Of a DNA stretch of 64,000 nt, positions 1-11,951 are shown piece after piece. The notes under the pieces are model-generated. The model did no database searches and had not been told where the DNA came from. It was given only the letters and a program-made list of their open reading frames with translations. This DNA is from Monocercomonoides exilis PA203 (lineage: Eukaryota; Protista; Preaxostyla), in assembly GCA_001643675.2 (NCBI GenBank), contig LSRY02000007.1:62001-126000 (forward strand), given 5' to 3'. Positions within the stretch are counted from its first letter, which is position 1; the number at the start of each line of letters is the position of its first letter. A program made the translations under genes and the position numbers.

Positions 1-53
1 AATGAAGTCAAAAAATATAACTTATAATAATCATCAAAAAATGAATGAAATTT

Positions 54-3000
54 TTATCTATTAAGACTTGACAAATGCTGCAGGTTTTTCAAAGTTTCTT
101 GATTTTGTGATATATGTTCGATAAGTTGCCTTTTCATTGTCTGAGAAAGAGTGCTTGAGTAATCCGTATCTACTTCACTCTTCTTGAATATTGAATCAAT
201 AGCATTTATTAACTCGCCTATATTTTGTTCTGTAGATTTTGCATTTTCCCCTGTTTTGCTTGGATTATTGTCATGTGACTGAATATTTCCACTTAACTTC
301 CTTTTTTGTTTGTTGTTTGAAGTTTCTTCCACAGAAGATCTCTTTTTGACTTGTTTATGCATTTCTTTCTTTCTGTTTTTTGAAGCAGTCAAGTTGCTAC
401 GTGTATAATCTTCAGAATGCTGTTCACTTTCCTCAGGAAAATTCTTTTGATCATTCCTCTCGTCTCTTAGCTGATTTTTAGGTTGTCTTTCCAAAGCATC
501 CTCTTCAAAGTATTTCTGAGCAACTTTCTCTTTCTCTTTCTCCTTCTCCTTCTCTTTCTCTTTGTTCCTTTTCAATTCCTCAAATTGCTTCAACAAATCA
601 GAAAGTCTGTCCAAAATTTCACTTTCTTTTTGCTCTTTTTCGGATGCAGAATCAATTTGAGTCTCTTCATTTTCGAATTCATCAGCCTTCTCTTCATCAA
701 ACGAATGCATTTTTCTTTTATTCGTCTTTGTTGGTCTTCCTTCTTCAGAATGTGCTGTATTCCTTTTTGTTGATTCTTGCGTGTTGGATTTTTCTTTCTT
801 TGGAGTTGAAAGCTTCGAACTTTTTGCTTTTTTATTATCTTCTTCTTTTTCCTCTTCTTCTTCATTTTCCTTTTTCTTGTCCGTTTTTTCTGAATTTTCC
901 TTGTGCATTTCTTCCTCTTTCTTTTTTTCCTCTCTTTCGTTTCGATGTAGCTGCCCCAGCAATGCTTGTGTGATTGTGTCAATAAGATCGTCTTCGTCCT
1001 TCAGCCATTCAATCAGCGCATCACTTTCAGACACCTCATCTTCTGCACCAGCAATCACATCATTCTCTTCGTTTTGCGTTTGCTTTCTATCCTTTTGAGA
1101 TGAAATTTGTTCTTCTTCTTCTCGTATTTCTTCTTCTTCCTCTTCCTCTTCCTCTTCCTCTTCTTCTTCTTCTTCCTCCTCCTCCTCCTCATCTTCTTCT
1201 TCTTCGTCGTCGTCGTCGTCATTCTCATATTCACCATTTTCTTTGTCAATCCCATCCTTTTCATTATTCTTTTGTTCTCTTCGAAATTCATCAGTTCCTT
1301 TTCCATCTGCCATTCTGCCAGCAAAAGGAGAGTTCACAGCATTCAGACTGGATGGCGTGTGGAGAGTGAAGCTGCGTTGTAATGTTGTTGGTGTGGAAGA
1401 GAAAGACGAAAGTGGCAGAGGAGGAGGAGGAGGAAGGAAAGTGTTGGTAGAAGGAGAGTTGATTGGAGATTTGAGTTCTGATTGGGCAGATGGAAGAGCA
1501 GAATGGACATGTGAATAAGAGCCAAAGGGAGAGAAAGAGGCAGATGCGAAAGGAGAAGAAGAAAAGCTATTCGAATGAGGAGAAGATTGAAATGAAGCAT
1601 TGGAAGAAGATAGCTTGGCAGGCAAAGGGGCAGGAGGAAGAACAGGAAGTGAATGAAGAGAAGATGCTGTGAGAGTCGAAAAAGCAGACGGAAGAGACGA
1701 ACGAGGAGGAGAAGGAGTGGCAAAAGAACCTTTGAATTGAGAGGCCGATGGAGGCGAAAGAAGAGAATATGGCGAGGGGGGTGTGAATGAAGAGGATTCC
1801 AATGAAGGATTGAAAAATGATGAATGAGTACTTGAATTCAGAGGAGGAGGTGGTGGAGGAGGAGGCAGGTTGTGAGGTTGAGAGCGAGAAGTGCTTTCTT
1901 TCTGGTCATTGGAAGGAACACAGCAGTCTGAAACAGACTCATTTTTCGTGCTCTCTTTTGTGATGTTGACATTTTCACTCTTTTGAGAAATTACTGATGT
2001 TTCTTCTTTTGTTGAAGCGTCCTCTCTTTCTCTTTCTGCTTTTTCTTTGCCTTCAGCACGATCATCTTCTTCTGCCTGTTCTTTTCTTTTGAGCTGGCTT
2101 TCCTTATCTTTCGATTCACGCAGTTGTTTTTTTGATTCTTCTTCTTCTTCTTCTTCTTCTTCTTTCATTTTATCATTTCTCTCTTTTTCTAGTACAGTCA
2201 TTTCGTTTTCATTCTTCTCTTTCTCTTTCTCTTTTGCCTTCTTTTCATCCTCTGAACATTTATTTATTTTTTGTGTCTCAAAAGTTCCTTCTTTTTTCTG
2301 TTTGTTTGTTTCTTCTTTGTCTCTGGGCTTCTGGATAACAAACACTTCTTCTTCTTCTTCTTCTTCCGTTTCTTCTTCTATCTGCCAATGCTTTAATGAA
2401 CTATTTTCTTCCCTTTCTGGTTTAATTTCTTCATCTTCTTCGTCGTCTTTTGTTTCTTTGCATTTCTCTTCTCTTTTTTGTTCTTCACTTTGCTCGTATG
2501 TTTGTCCATTCTTCAGTTTTTCTGTACAAAAACTGTTTTCTTCCAGTTTGTTTTTTGTTTTCCCTTTCTCCACAAAGCAGTTATGACTTCTTTCCTTCTC
2601 TTCATTTGTTGATTTGAAATCAGGTTGATGTTTCGATGTTGCATCTTCAACATTCCTCTGCTTCGTGTTCATTCGGCTGCTTCCATCAAAATGGCTCTCT
2701 TCAACAGAAGAGACAAATTCACACAAATTCGTTTGGCTCAGCGATTGCGAAGGAAGAAATGAACTTTCAAAAGCCAAAGTAATTTCTGAAGAGCTCGAAC
2801 TCGACGAAGAAGAAGAATTGCTCTGTGAAAAAGAAGATGAAGAATATGAAGAAGACGAATCAGAGGATGTGACAGAAGAAGGTGTCAAAACAGGAACATG
2901 AGAGGAACTGTGATAAGAAATGACTTCTTCGATGCGAGGAGATTGGAGTGGAGATGGTGCAACAATGGGCTCTTGCTTCGATTCGCGCTTTGGGTGTCTT

Positions 3001-3941
3001 TTAGGCGAGATTTTGCGGTCTGTTTTCTTTGAAGAATTTTCTAAAAGTGAAATGATTGAGGCAAGAGATTGTTGAGGCTGCTGAACTGGATACTGATGTG
3101 AATAAGAAACAGGCAATGGAACTGCAACAAGAACTAACTTTTGCTTCTTTTCGTTTTCTGATTCTTCTTCAGAATGCTGTTGCGAACGGCTGCTGTGATG
3201 AGGCTGATAGCTTTTATGCTTTCTAGTGTTTAAGCGTTCACTGAAAGCATTTTTTTCTTTTTTGTGCGAGGAGGAATGCTCATCTTGAAAAGTATCTTTT
3301 GGCCTTTTTGAAAGCAGACTCTTTTTATGATCAATTCCTCTGCTTGTAAGCGATGAAATAGCTTCGATGTTAAGCTTAAGCTTAGGGGTCGGTAAATTAA
3401 GAAGATTTTCTGATTGCTTTTCCTTGGATAATGTTGACATTTGAGTATCCTTGTCTGTAGAGTCTGATGGCAAACTTATTTTTTTATTTTTCGAAATATC
3501 TCGTATTTGAGATGAAACCTGAATCATTTTTGACTCTTTTTGTTTGTCGGATTCAAAGGAATTTGCGTTCTCTCGACTTTTCAAATCTTGTTGTACTTCA
3601 TGCTCATTATTTGAACGCAAAGATTGACTAGAAGTCATCCGTCTTGATCTAGAAGAATATATTGAATGGGAAGGAGAATAAAAATATCCTGTAGAATGAA
3701 AACTTCTTACACTTTGAGGAGTGAATAATAAATGAGAAGAACGTTCGCTTGTCGGTGCTTTTTCAAATTGTTTTATCGTCTGGATATTTTGTTCTTTTAT
3801 TTCATTTTCTGTCCTTCCTGATTGACTTCTTTCAAATTTTGGAGTCTCTAAAACAGATTGATTATTTGCAACATTATCAGCTAAATCTGGTTGGTCTTTT
3901 TTCTTGAAGGCCAATTCAGTTTCTTCCAATTGAACACTCAT
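54..3941 (-). CDS. Large low-complexity protein of unknown function (1295 aa; Ser-rich, acidic/Lys-rich coiled-coil-like and polyproline segments)
   Basis: Uninterrupted 3.9-kb ATG-initiated ORF in AT-rich DNA; no recognisable globular domain. Confidence 0.75.
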   Translation of the reverse strand: MSVQLEETELAFKKKDQPDLADNVANNQSVLETPKFERSQSGRTENEIKEQNIQTIKQFEKAPTSERSSHLLFTPQSVRSFHSTGYFYSPSHSIYSSRSRRMTSSQSLRSNNEHEVQQDLKSRENANSFESDKQKESKMIQVSSQIRDISKNKKISLPSDSTDKDTQMSTLSKEKQSENLLNLPTPKLKLNIEAISSLTSRGIDHKKSLLSKRPKDTFQDEHSSSHKKEKNAFSERLNTRKHKSYQPHHSSRSQQHSEEESENEKKQKLVLVAVPLPVSYSHQYPVQQPQQSLASIISLLENSSKKTDRKISPKRHPKRESKQEPIVAPSPLQSPRIEEVISYHSSSHVPVLTPSSVTSSDSSSSYSSSSFSQSNSSSSSSSSSSEITLAFESSFLPSQSLSQTNLCEFVSSVEESHFDGSSRMNTKQRNVEDATSKHQPDFKSTNEEKERSHNCFVEKGKTKNKLEENSFCTEKLKNGQTYEQSEEQKREEKCKETKDDEEDEEIKPEREENSSLKHWQIEEETEEEEEEEVFVIQKPRDKEETNKQKKEGTFETQKINKCSEDEKKAKEKEKEKNENEMTVLEKERNDKMKEEEEEEEEESKKQLRESKDKESQLKRKEQAEEDDRAEGKEKAEREREDASTKEETSVISQKSENVNITKESTKNESVSDCCVPSNDQKESTSRSQPHNLPPPPPPPPLNSSTHSSFFNPSLESSSFTPPSPYSLLSPPSASQFKGSFATPSPPRSSLPSAFSTLTASSLHSLPVLPPAPLPAKLSSSNASFQSSPHSNSFSSSPFASASFSPFGSYSHVHSALPSAQSELKSPINSPSTNTFLPPPPPLPLSSFSSTPTTLQRSFTLHTPSSLNAVNSPFAGRMADGKGTDEFRREQKNNEKDGIDKENGEYENDDDDDEEEEDEEEEEEEEEEEEEEEEEEEEEIREEEEQISSQKDRKQTQNEENDVIAGAEDEVSESDALIEWLKDEDDLIDTITQALLGQLHRNEREEKKKEEEMHKENSEKTDKKKENEEEEEKEEDNKKAKSSKLSTPKKEKSNTQESTKRNTAHSEEGRPTKTNKRKMHSFDEEKADEFENEETQIDSASEKEQKESEILDRLSDLLKQFEELKRNKEKEKEKEKEKEKVAQKYFEEDALERQPKNQLRDERNDQKNFPEESEQHSEDYTRSNLTASKNRKKEMHKQVKKRSSVEETSNNKQKRKLSGNIQSHDNNPSKTGENAKSTEQNIGELINAIDSIFKKSEVDTDYSSTLSQTMKRQLIEHISQNQETLKNLQHLSSLNR

Positions 3942-4096
3942 AAATAATAAAAATTTTTAATAAATTACAAGAGAACAGTCGCTCGGAGAATACAACAATA
4001 TTTTCTTTTGCAAAAAAGTTATTTCAGAAAATTGTTTGATTTATTATGGTTATTTTGTGGATCACTATTTACCAGCATTTTATTTTTAAATTTTTG

Positions 4097-6180
4097 ATGG
4101 AAGGGAGAATGAGTGGATTTCAGCAGCATGCTCAGAGTCCTCCAAATCATCCCACCGACAAGAATGGTATTTTTTGAATAATCCATCTTTTAAATTTGAA
4201 AACTTGCTTCAAACAATCTTTTATGCAGGACATATCCTTATTTATCCAGGCCAAAATTTAACAAGCAGATATAAAGTCCTAAAAATACTTGGAGAAGGAA
4301 CTTTTGGAAAGGTTCTTGACTGCTTTGATAGGAAAACAAGGCAACGCGTTGCAATTAAAGTTGTTCGCGCAGTCTCTCGATATCGAGATTCTGCAAAAAT
4401 TGAAATTGAAATTCTCGAACGTTTGGCAAGGCATAATGAACGAGCTGGAAAGTTTGATATTTTGCAGCTTGTACGAATAAGCTTTTTAAATTTTAAATTT
4501 TGTTGAAAAAATGCACAGTTTATTTGTTCAGTTGATTGATTCATTTGATCTTGGAGGTCATATGTGTATCGTCACTGAAGAATATGGATGGTCACTTTAT
4601 GATGTCCTTAAAAAGAATAATTATCGTGGATTTACAATGGCGCAAGTGCGAGAGATCACAGAACAACTTTTAAGAGCTTTATCATATTTGCATGACACAT
4701 TGCATTTGATCCACACGGATCTAAAGCCTGAAAACATTCTGTTCCGCGATAGAACATTTCTTCCGCGAGATCCCAATGATGTACATTTTCATTTTTCCTC
4801 CTGTTTATCTTTGTTTCTTCTTATGTTAAATTCCTGTTTCAGCCAAATGCGATGTTTGTTCCCACTTCGTTCGCGATCAAAGTGATTGACTTTGGAAGCG
4901 CAACGTATGTCCATAAACACCATTCGTCAATCATATGCACAAGGCACTATCGCCCGCTTGAAGTGATTTTAGGTTTGCTATCGAAGCTAATTTGATTTTT
5001 AATAATACACAAGTATTGCTTTATATTTTTTATTCATTATTATTTTTATTTTCTATTGCTTCAGGTCTTCCGTGGACGTTTTCTGCAGATATGTGGAGTG
5101 TTGGGTGCATTGTGGCCGAGCTCATCACAGGGGACACGCTGTTTCAGACACATTGCAACAGAGAGCATCTGGCATTGATACAAAGAATTGTGGGGAACAT
5201 CCCGCTGGACATTGTGGAGATGACAAAAGGGTTTGATTTGCAGCCAGAAAAGACAGAACACTAAGAAAATGAACGAAACACAAATCTTATTAATATTATT
5301 ATTAAACTTTATCTATTAATTAATTTATTTTTTTTATCGAAAAAAATATATATTTGAAATTTGACGTATACTTGAATATCAATATTGAATATTTAGACTT
5401 CAGTCAGAAAGGTTTTTCCGCATGCCAACGCAGCCAATAAGCAACGCTGTACAACTTTCTTCTCTTCCTCCTTTGCTTCATTCAAACATTCCACTTCCTT
5501 TTCCTCACTCTTCTTCTTCTTCTTCTTATTTCACTTCCAACAACACTTCACTTTTAAGTCAATTCAGCAAACAAATTGAAAATCATTGCATTTCCTCTCA
5601 GGAGCCATTCCATTCTGATCTCTTTCCCTTTCCAACATTCGAATCATGGGGATGCATTCTCCAATCACGTGAAATGAGGCATTCGATGCTGATGCCTTCT
5701 TCAACTTCTTCTTCTTCTTCTTCCTTTTCATCCAGAAAATCTCCTCATTCTCCACACTCATCCCGTTCCCCTCATTCGCGATCTCATTCGTTCTCATATC
5801 CTTCCTCTTCATCTTCCTCTTCATCCGTCTCTTCTTCCTCCTCTTCCTCCTCTTCCTCCTCTTCTTCTTCTTCTTCAAAGCCTTCCAGTGCATCGTCTGA
5901 GCCGAGCACGAAACTCTCTCTCAACACCCTTCTTTCTCACAGCGCCCTCAACTTCCTCGCCTTCCCGACTGACTCAACATCACATCATTCACTTCGCCAT
6001 GTTGTCAACACACCCACCCTCTTCAGCGTGTTCTGCCCTTCACTTCACCACCCAGCAGACATCCTCCTCACACGACACGCCTTCCAAAGGAAGGAAACAC
6101 CCAGCGACAGCTCAGCTCATTCCACTCCAAGGAATTCTTTCTCTCCTCCAGCTGTCAATCAAATCCCTTCTTCTTCGTAC

Positions 6181-6211
<31 letters not shown>

Positions 6212-9200
6212 CTGGATCAATTGATCATTCTCACACAAACATCAACACAAACACAGATATCTTCCCTTCTTCTTCTGTCTCTTCATCTTCATCTTCATCA
6301 ACATCTTCTTCTCTTATCCGAAAGCATCTTTTCCGCACTGACTCCTTCCTTTCTGACTCCTCCCAGCTTCCATCTGCTCCTCTTCTGTTCCATTTCCTCA
6401 GCGGCTTCTTTGTTCTGCACGAAGAGCGCCGTCTGTCTGCCCACGACGCCCTCAAACACAGCTGGCTGAAAGAAGAAGGCGTCAAAGAGGCGTCTTTGTG
6501 GGATGCCAAAAGAGACGCAAGAGAGGCACTTCGGCGGCGGAGAGAGGAGCAGGAGAGGAGAGAGCGCATTGCAGACGAGAGGAACAGGCGGAAGGAGCGG
6601 AAGGTGCAGCGCCTGCGGAACCAGCTGACAGAATGCTCGGCAGGCAATGCAGCAGGCGATGGAGACATCGAAGAAAGGAGACATCGCATCGAGCGCAAAC
6701 TCAGCCGCATCATGAGACAGCCAAATGCTGCATTTTCACGCCGAAGATGGCACAGACACAGAAAATACAGAAGAAGAGAAGAGAAGCAGAAGGAATACGA
6801 CTCAAGAACAACCGCTTCGAGAACGCAATCTCGCTCGTTTAGCTCATCCAGCACAGGCTCTTATTCGGGAAGGAGCTATTCTTCGGATGCTTCGTCGTAT
6901 TCACACAGATCGAAGGGTTCAAATGCACACTCTCGTTCTTCGTCTTTATCATCATCTTCATCTTCTCTTTCGTATTCATCTTCATCTTCTTCATCTTCTT
7001 CCTCATCAATATCATCTTCCTCTGTATCTTCCTCTGCTTCTTCCTTCTCCTCCTCTTCTCGCTCCACTTACTCTGCCAGTTCGCGTTCCTCGTATTCTCA
7101 CACGCCGTCCGTCACTCGTGTGTGGCACAGACACACCCGCCACTCGCGCCGTCTCCACACACAAAGAGAGAGGCACACACACACACACAGAACAGCCAGC
7201 AGACCGCACTCTCCACACAACAACAGATCCCATTCTGCACAGAAGTCCTATCTTCACAGAAGAAGCGGAGAAAACAGCTCAAAATCGCATTTGCTGCAGC
7301 AAAGGAATGCTGAGTCGTATGCCCACGAAAGTTCATCACGTACATACGGCTCTCATTCACCCACTCCTTCCTTTGCAACAAGCTCGTTTTCGCGTTCGTG
7401 GAGGCGCTCAGGCGACTCAGAATATGACACTTATCACCGTCGTCATCATAATCATCGCAATCGCCATCAACACTGCAGACGTCATGGTAATCATCGGCAT
7501 CACCATCAAAATGAACACAGCAGCCATTCACACAGCCACAACATCCAGCAACAACAGATGCACAATGCTTCATATGGCGGAAGTAAAACAGCAACACATT
7601 ATCATTCAGTCAACTGTCATCGCTATTCATTAAGCACTCATTCGAAGCACAACACACATCATGAGACGCAACGCTGCAGATCAAATGGCTCGCATCATTC
7701 TTCTGCCCATCGCCATTTCCATTCGAAAAACGAATATTCAAATGGATATATGCTCAATGATGCACATTCACGCCATTATTCTAGTACTCGCAACAGATCA
7801 ATGGTAAGGAGCAGAGGAAGAGGCAAAAGTGAAAGTCAAGAACGAGAAAGAGGAAGAGGAAGAGGAAGAGAAATAAGAAGGAGAAGAAGATGGGATGGAA
7901 CACGTGACTTCTACCGTCGTCGGCGTAATGTTGCACCACCTCCTCGTCCTTCTTCGTTTTCTCATCAGCACTCTCCCACACGCTCATACACACGCCACAG
8001 GGCATCCTCACACCATCGGCTGCACACTCACACACACAACAACCACTCGAGAACACACTCTCATTCGCATCATCATTCGACCTCGCAGTCTTCGTTCTCT
8101 TTCCACCACAAATCGTCTCATCGGCACCAGTCAGCATGCTCTCATTCAACCACACGAACACACACTTCTACAGACAACAGAAAGAGAGAAAGAGAACACA
8201 CTCATTCTCGTTCTCGTTCATATTCTCGTTCTCTTTCGCATTCTCATTCGCATTCGCGCACACATCATTCGCAGCATCACCAGCACCACAGGCAGGGTTC
8301 AACACACAGCAGTGCACATTCACTTCACTCTGTGGGAGACTACCATCACAAGCACACTTTACATTCTGCGCATCACCACAACCAGACAACCTCTTATTCA
8401 TCGCACAGACATTCGCTTTCTCCAAACAGCGCTGCCATTCTGCCATCGGCTGTCTCGTGTCCGCTCCCAAACACTTTCTCCTTCCAACAGCCGCATTGTT
8501 CCTACCAATCTCTGCCTCCCAATATGCAAGCAATGCTCCCAACATCTGCGTCTGACCCTACTTTTTTGTCTGCAACAGCTGCTGCGTTTCCGCATGTTCC
8601 TCAGTCTTCGTATCAGACAGAAAATACTTGCCAGATTTCTACCCCTCAAACGCAGCTGACCCCTCCTCCTGGTTATTCTGAATGGAACACTCATTCATCT
8701 CTTTTGTATCAAAGCCAGTCACAGCTCTCTTCCATTCCTTCTGCTCCAAATGAATCAGCTCTTCCTTCTTCTTCCTCTTCTATTTCTTCTTCCTCCTCAC
8801 CTTCTTCTCCATTCACTTTCTCTTCTGCTCCAACATGTGCTGTTTCTCAGTATGTCCGCTTTGCTTCTCATCCGAGTTCGTCCCAGCTGCCATGTGCAGA
8901 CTCCCATTCATTCGCTGCCTCTTCTCGTTCGCAGATGCTGCTGGCTTCTTCTTCCAATTCACTCGGAGAAGCATTGCCAGAAATGGCTCTTCCTCTTCAT
9001 TCAGCACATCAGGCACAAGCACACAGTCAGCTTCCACTTGTGTCTGAAGACGAAAAACTGCTGTTTTCGGAGAGTTCTCCTGTGAAACAAGCGAGAAGAG
9101 CAATTGCTATTGAGTACTCACGAATCATAAATGAAAGAGAAAGAAATATGGACGAAAGAGAAAGAGAGAATGACATTCAGATGCATTCAAATCTGTTGAA

Positions 9201-9231
9201 CGCAAAACGAAAGAGATTAAATGATGAATAA
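4097..9231 (+). CDS. CLK/LAMMER-family dual-specificity kinase, multi-exon, with Ser-rich inserts and a long C-terminal Arg/Ser/His-rich tail
   Basis: Spliced motifs: [72 protein letters not shown]-like [11 protein letters not shown] and subdomain [14 protein letters not shown] (~6430-6470). Approximate exons 4097-4166, 4229-4470, 4542-4780, 4843-4972, 5065-5229, ~5397-9231, with GT..AG introns. Confidence 0.88.
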
Positions 9232-9947
9232 TTATTGCGTGTGAATTATTTAAATATGAAATTTTAGCTTTTGTTGCGAAATGTTTGTTTTGATCTGTTA
9301 AACATTCTATTATCGGTTGTTTTTTGATTTTGTGATGTATTCACTTCAAGTTAATTTTATGTATTTATTTCCAAGAATGTCCAAATAATTCGAGCATTTA
9401 AGATTGAAAAAAATTTTTAGTAAATACACTTGGTGGATAATCTGGTAATTTTCTGAAAAACTGGAGCTCCAAGAATAATTCATATTCGGAAATTTTATTT
9501 CAATTTCGGAAAAAAAAAATATTTTCTTTTTTTCCTAGATGTTGGATTTCAGGTAACTTCAAGTTGCAATTCAATTGGAAACAGACACTTGTTCAAGAAT
9601 ATTCATAGAAATTATAAAACAAATTCAGTCTGCCCGAAAATATAGTTAATCTGTCAAAAACAAAATTTGATCGTTTCAAATTTTCTGTTTATCAATACAA
9701 CACAAAATTCCCGTTTTTTGTTTGACATTTTGTAAAAAACAAATTTTTGTATTTTTTTATTGATGATAGAAAAAGAAAATTGAATAGAAATTTCATAAAC
9801 AACATCCAACCTTCACGAACACTCAACAAAATCTATTTTTCATCCATTCATTCATGAAGAAGAATATCAACTTCAACAAACATAAAAAATAATTGGTTCA
9901 TTTATATAAAGAAGAAAAAGTGAGAAATGAAAGAAAAATTAAAAATT

Positions 9948-10962
9948 GGGTCAAAATAGTGTTTTCTTTTTAATGAGACTTTTTTCTTTATTGACACATT
10001 TTAGTTTTTGCATGCCAGTCATTGAATAAAGCTAGATGGACCTCAACACTTGGACGATGGTGTTTAAAAAACAAATACATTAAATTACTGGTTTGTTTTT
10101 TAAATTTTGTTTATTTTTCGTAGAAATACAGCAATTTTTTATTTAATTTGAAGTGACTTTTTTCAGCCGAAGAAGCATTTCACAAAAATTTGAAATCCAT
10201 TTTTATAAACTACTAGCATTATCCTTTTTATATTCAAAATCCTAAGCTTTACAACTTGTTTTTTCATCATTTTTTCACATTTCATTTTTTTATCAACATG
10301 CGAACATAAATTTGAAAAATTCTTTGTTATTAAAATAATGTGTTAAAAATAAAAATATGATATGAAAAATACACACTCTTATTAAGAAGTGTGAAAAAGG
10401 TTCAACATTAAAATTTTCTATTTGCATCAAACACATCAAAATAGAACAAGTTTGATCTCAGATCACTAAATGTTGTGACCATTCACCTGTTTGATGCAAA
10501 TAGAAAATTTTAATGTTGAACCTTTTTCACACTTCTTAATAAGAGTGTGTATTTTTCATATCATATTTTTATTTTTAACACATTATTTTAATAACAAAGA
10601 ATTTTTCAAATTTATGTTCGCATGTTGATAAAAAAATGAAATGTGAAAAAATGATGAAAAAACAAGTTGTAAAGCTTAGGATTTTGAATATAAAAAGGAT
10701 AATGCTAGTAGTTTATAAAAATGGATTTCAAATTTTTGTGAAATGCTTCTTCGGCTGAAAAAAGTCACTTCAAATTAAATAAAAAATTGCTGTATTTCTA
10801 CGAAAAATAAACAAAATTTAAAAAACAAACCAGTAATTTAATGTATTTGTTTTTTAAACACCATCGTCCAAGTGTTGAGGTCCATCTAGCTTTATTCAAT
10901 GACTGGCATGCAAAAACTAAAATGTGTCAATAAAGAAAAAAGTCTCATTAAAAAGTTGATCC
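9948..10962. mobile_element. Giant palindromic (foldback/MITE-like) element, copy E1
   Basis: Arms 9966-10433 and 10488-10955 are reverse complements (468 bp, no indel, no mismatch seen in the segments compared) around a 54-bp core. Right end GTTGATCC|TA; left end GGGTCAA is followed by an 11-bp insertion (9955-9965). Homologous to E2 and E3. Confidence 0.85.
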
Positions 10963-11951
10963 TATTTCACTTCAGTCATTTTCAATGAAAAATAATGTTT
11001 TGTGGACGGACTTTTCATGATAAATAAGAAACAAAATGTTTTTCTTTTTTTAAATTGCATATGAAATAACAAATTTTCATGTTGAAATGTGGTTGATTAT
11101 TTCTGAAATTATAACTATTTTTGGAGTGTTTATTATTTAAGGTCTTTATTTTTTCGAATGATTTTTTTCACTCAAATGTCAAAAACATCACATTGTTTCA
11201 AAAACAAATGATTTTGATGAATTCATAAAATACTATTAAAAACTTGAATAATTTCTATTTTATATTCATTCTTTGATATTCAATTCAATTCTTGTACCCG
11301 AATTTTTTTAGAAAAAATATGATTTCAAAAACAATCACCCACATCAATGTCACCTGTTAATTAATGAGAGAATAAGAATTATTTTTTATAATCAAAAAAT
11401 TTTTTAATTAAAATGTGAAAGAAATTATGTTTTTTTGATTCGTGCATAAAAGGTTTGAAAGCTTGTATTATCACATAAATAAGTAATTTCTTTCATTTCC
11501 TGATAAACAACCAATAGAAGAAATGAAATTTTCAAATTGCACTTAACTTTTTTGAATAATCAACAATTTGCAAAATAAGAAGAAAAAGCGTGATCTGATT
11601 TAAAATGAAAATGCATATTCAAGTCTCAAGAAAAAAGTTATTTTTAACACAAACAAAAACCTTGAAATTTAATAATTTCATTCTTCTTTTTCCGAATGTG
11701 AAATATACTTTTTCTAATTTAAATCATTTTTGGAACATGATCTGGAATGAAATTGAAAATGCATACTAATGGTGATAATTTTTTGTTGTCATCAGAAAAA
11801 TGAATGAAAGAATAATATTTTAATAAAAAATGTGAAAAAACCTTCTTGCATTTTTTTCAAATATAAACAAAATAATAAATATATTTTTCAAAATAAAAAA
11901 ACTTCTTTGTTTCTCCTTTTCTTTTTTCAACCCTTAACATTTAATTTTTAT

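Noticed and set aside
483-9103. Many overlapping short ORFs antisense or frame-shifted to the large genes (also at 12.8-15, 46-50.8 and 57-60 kb)
   Set aside because: Shadow ORFs produced by stop-poor TCT/GAA trinucleotide tracts; they encode poly-Leu/Phe/Lys/Arg with no motifs.
9948-10962. Palindromes as pure assembly or chimeric fold-back artefacts
   Set aside because: Three diverged copies share defined termini, length and a homologous asymmetric core, and have unique flanks, so the family is real. Only the degree of arm identity could be inflated by polishing.
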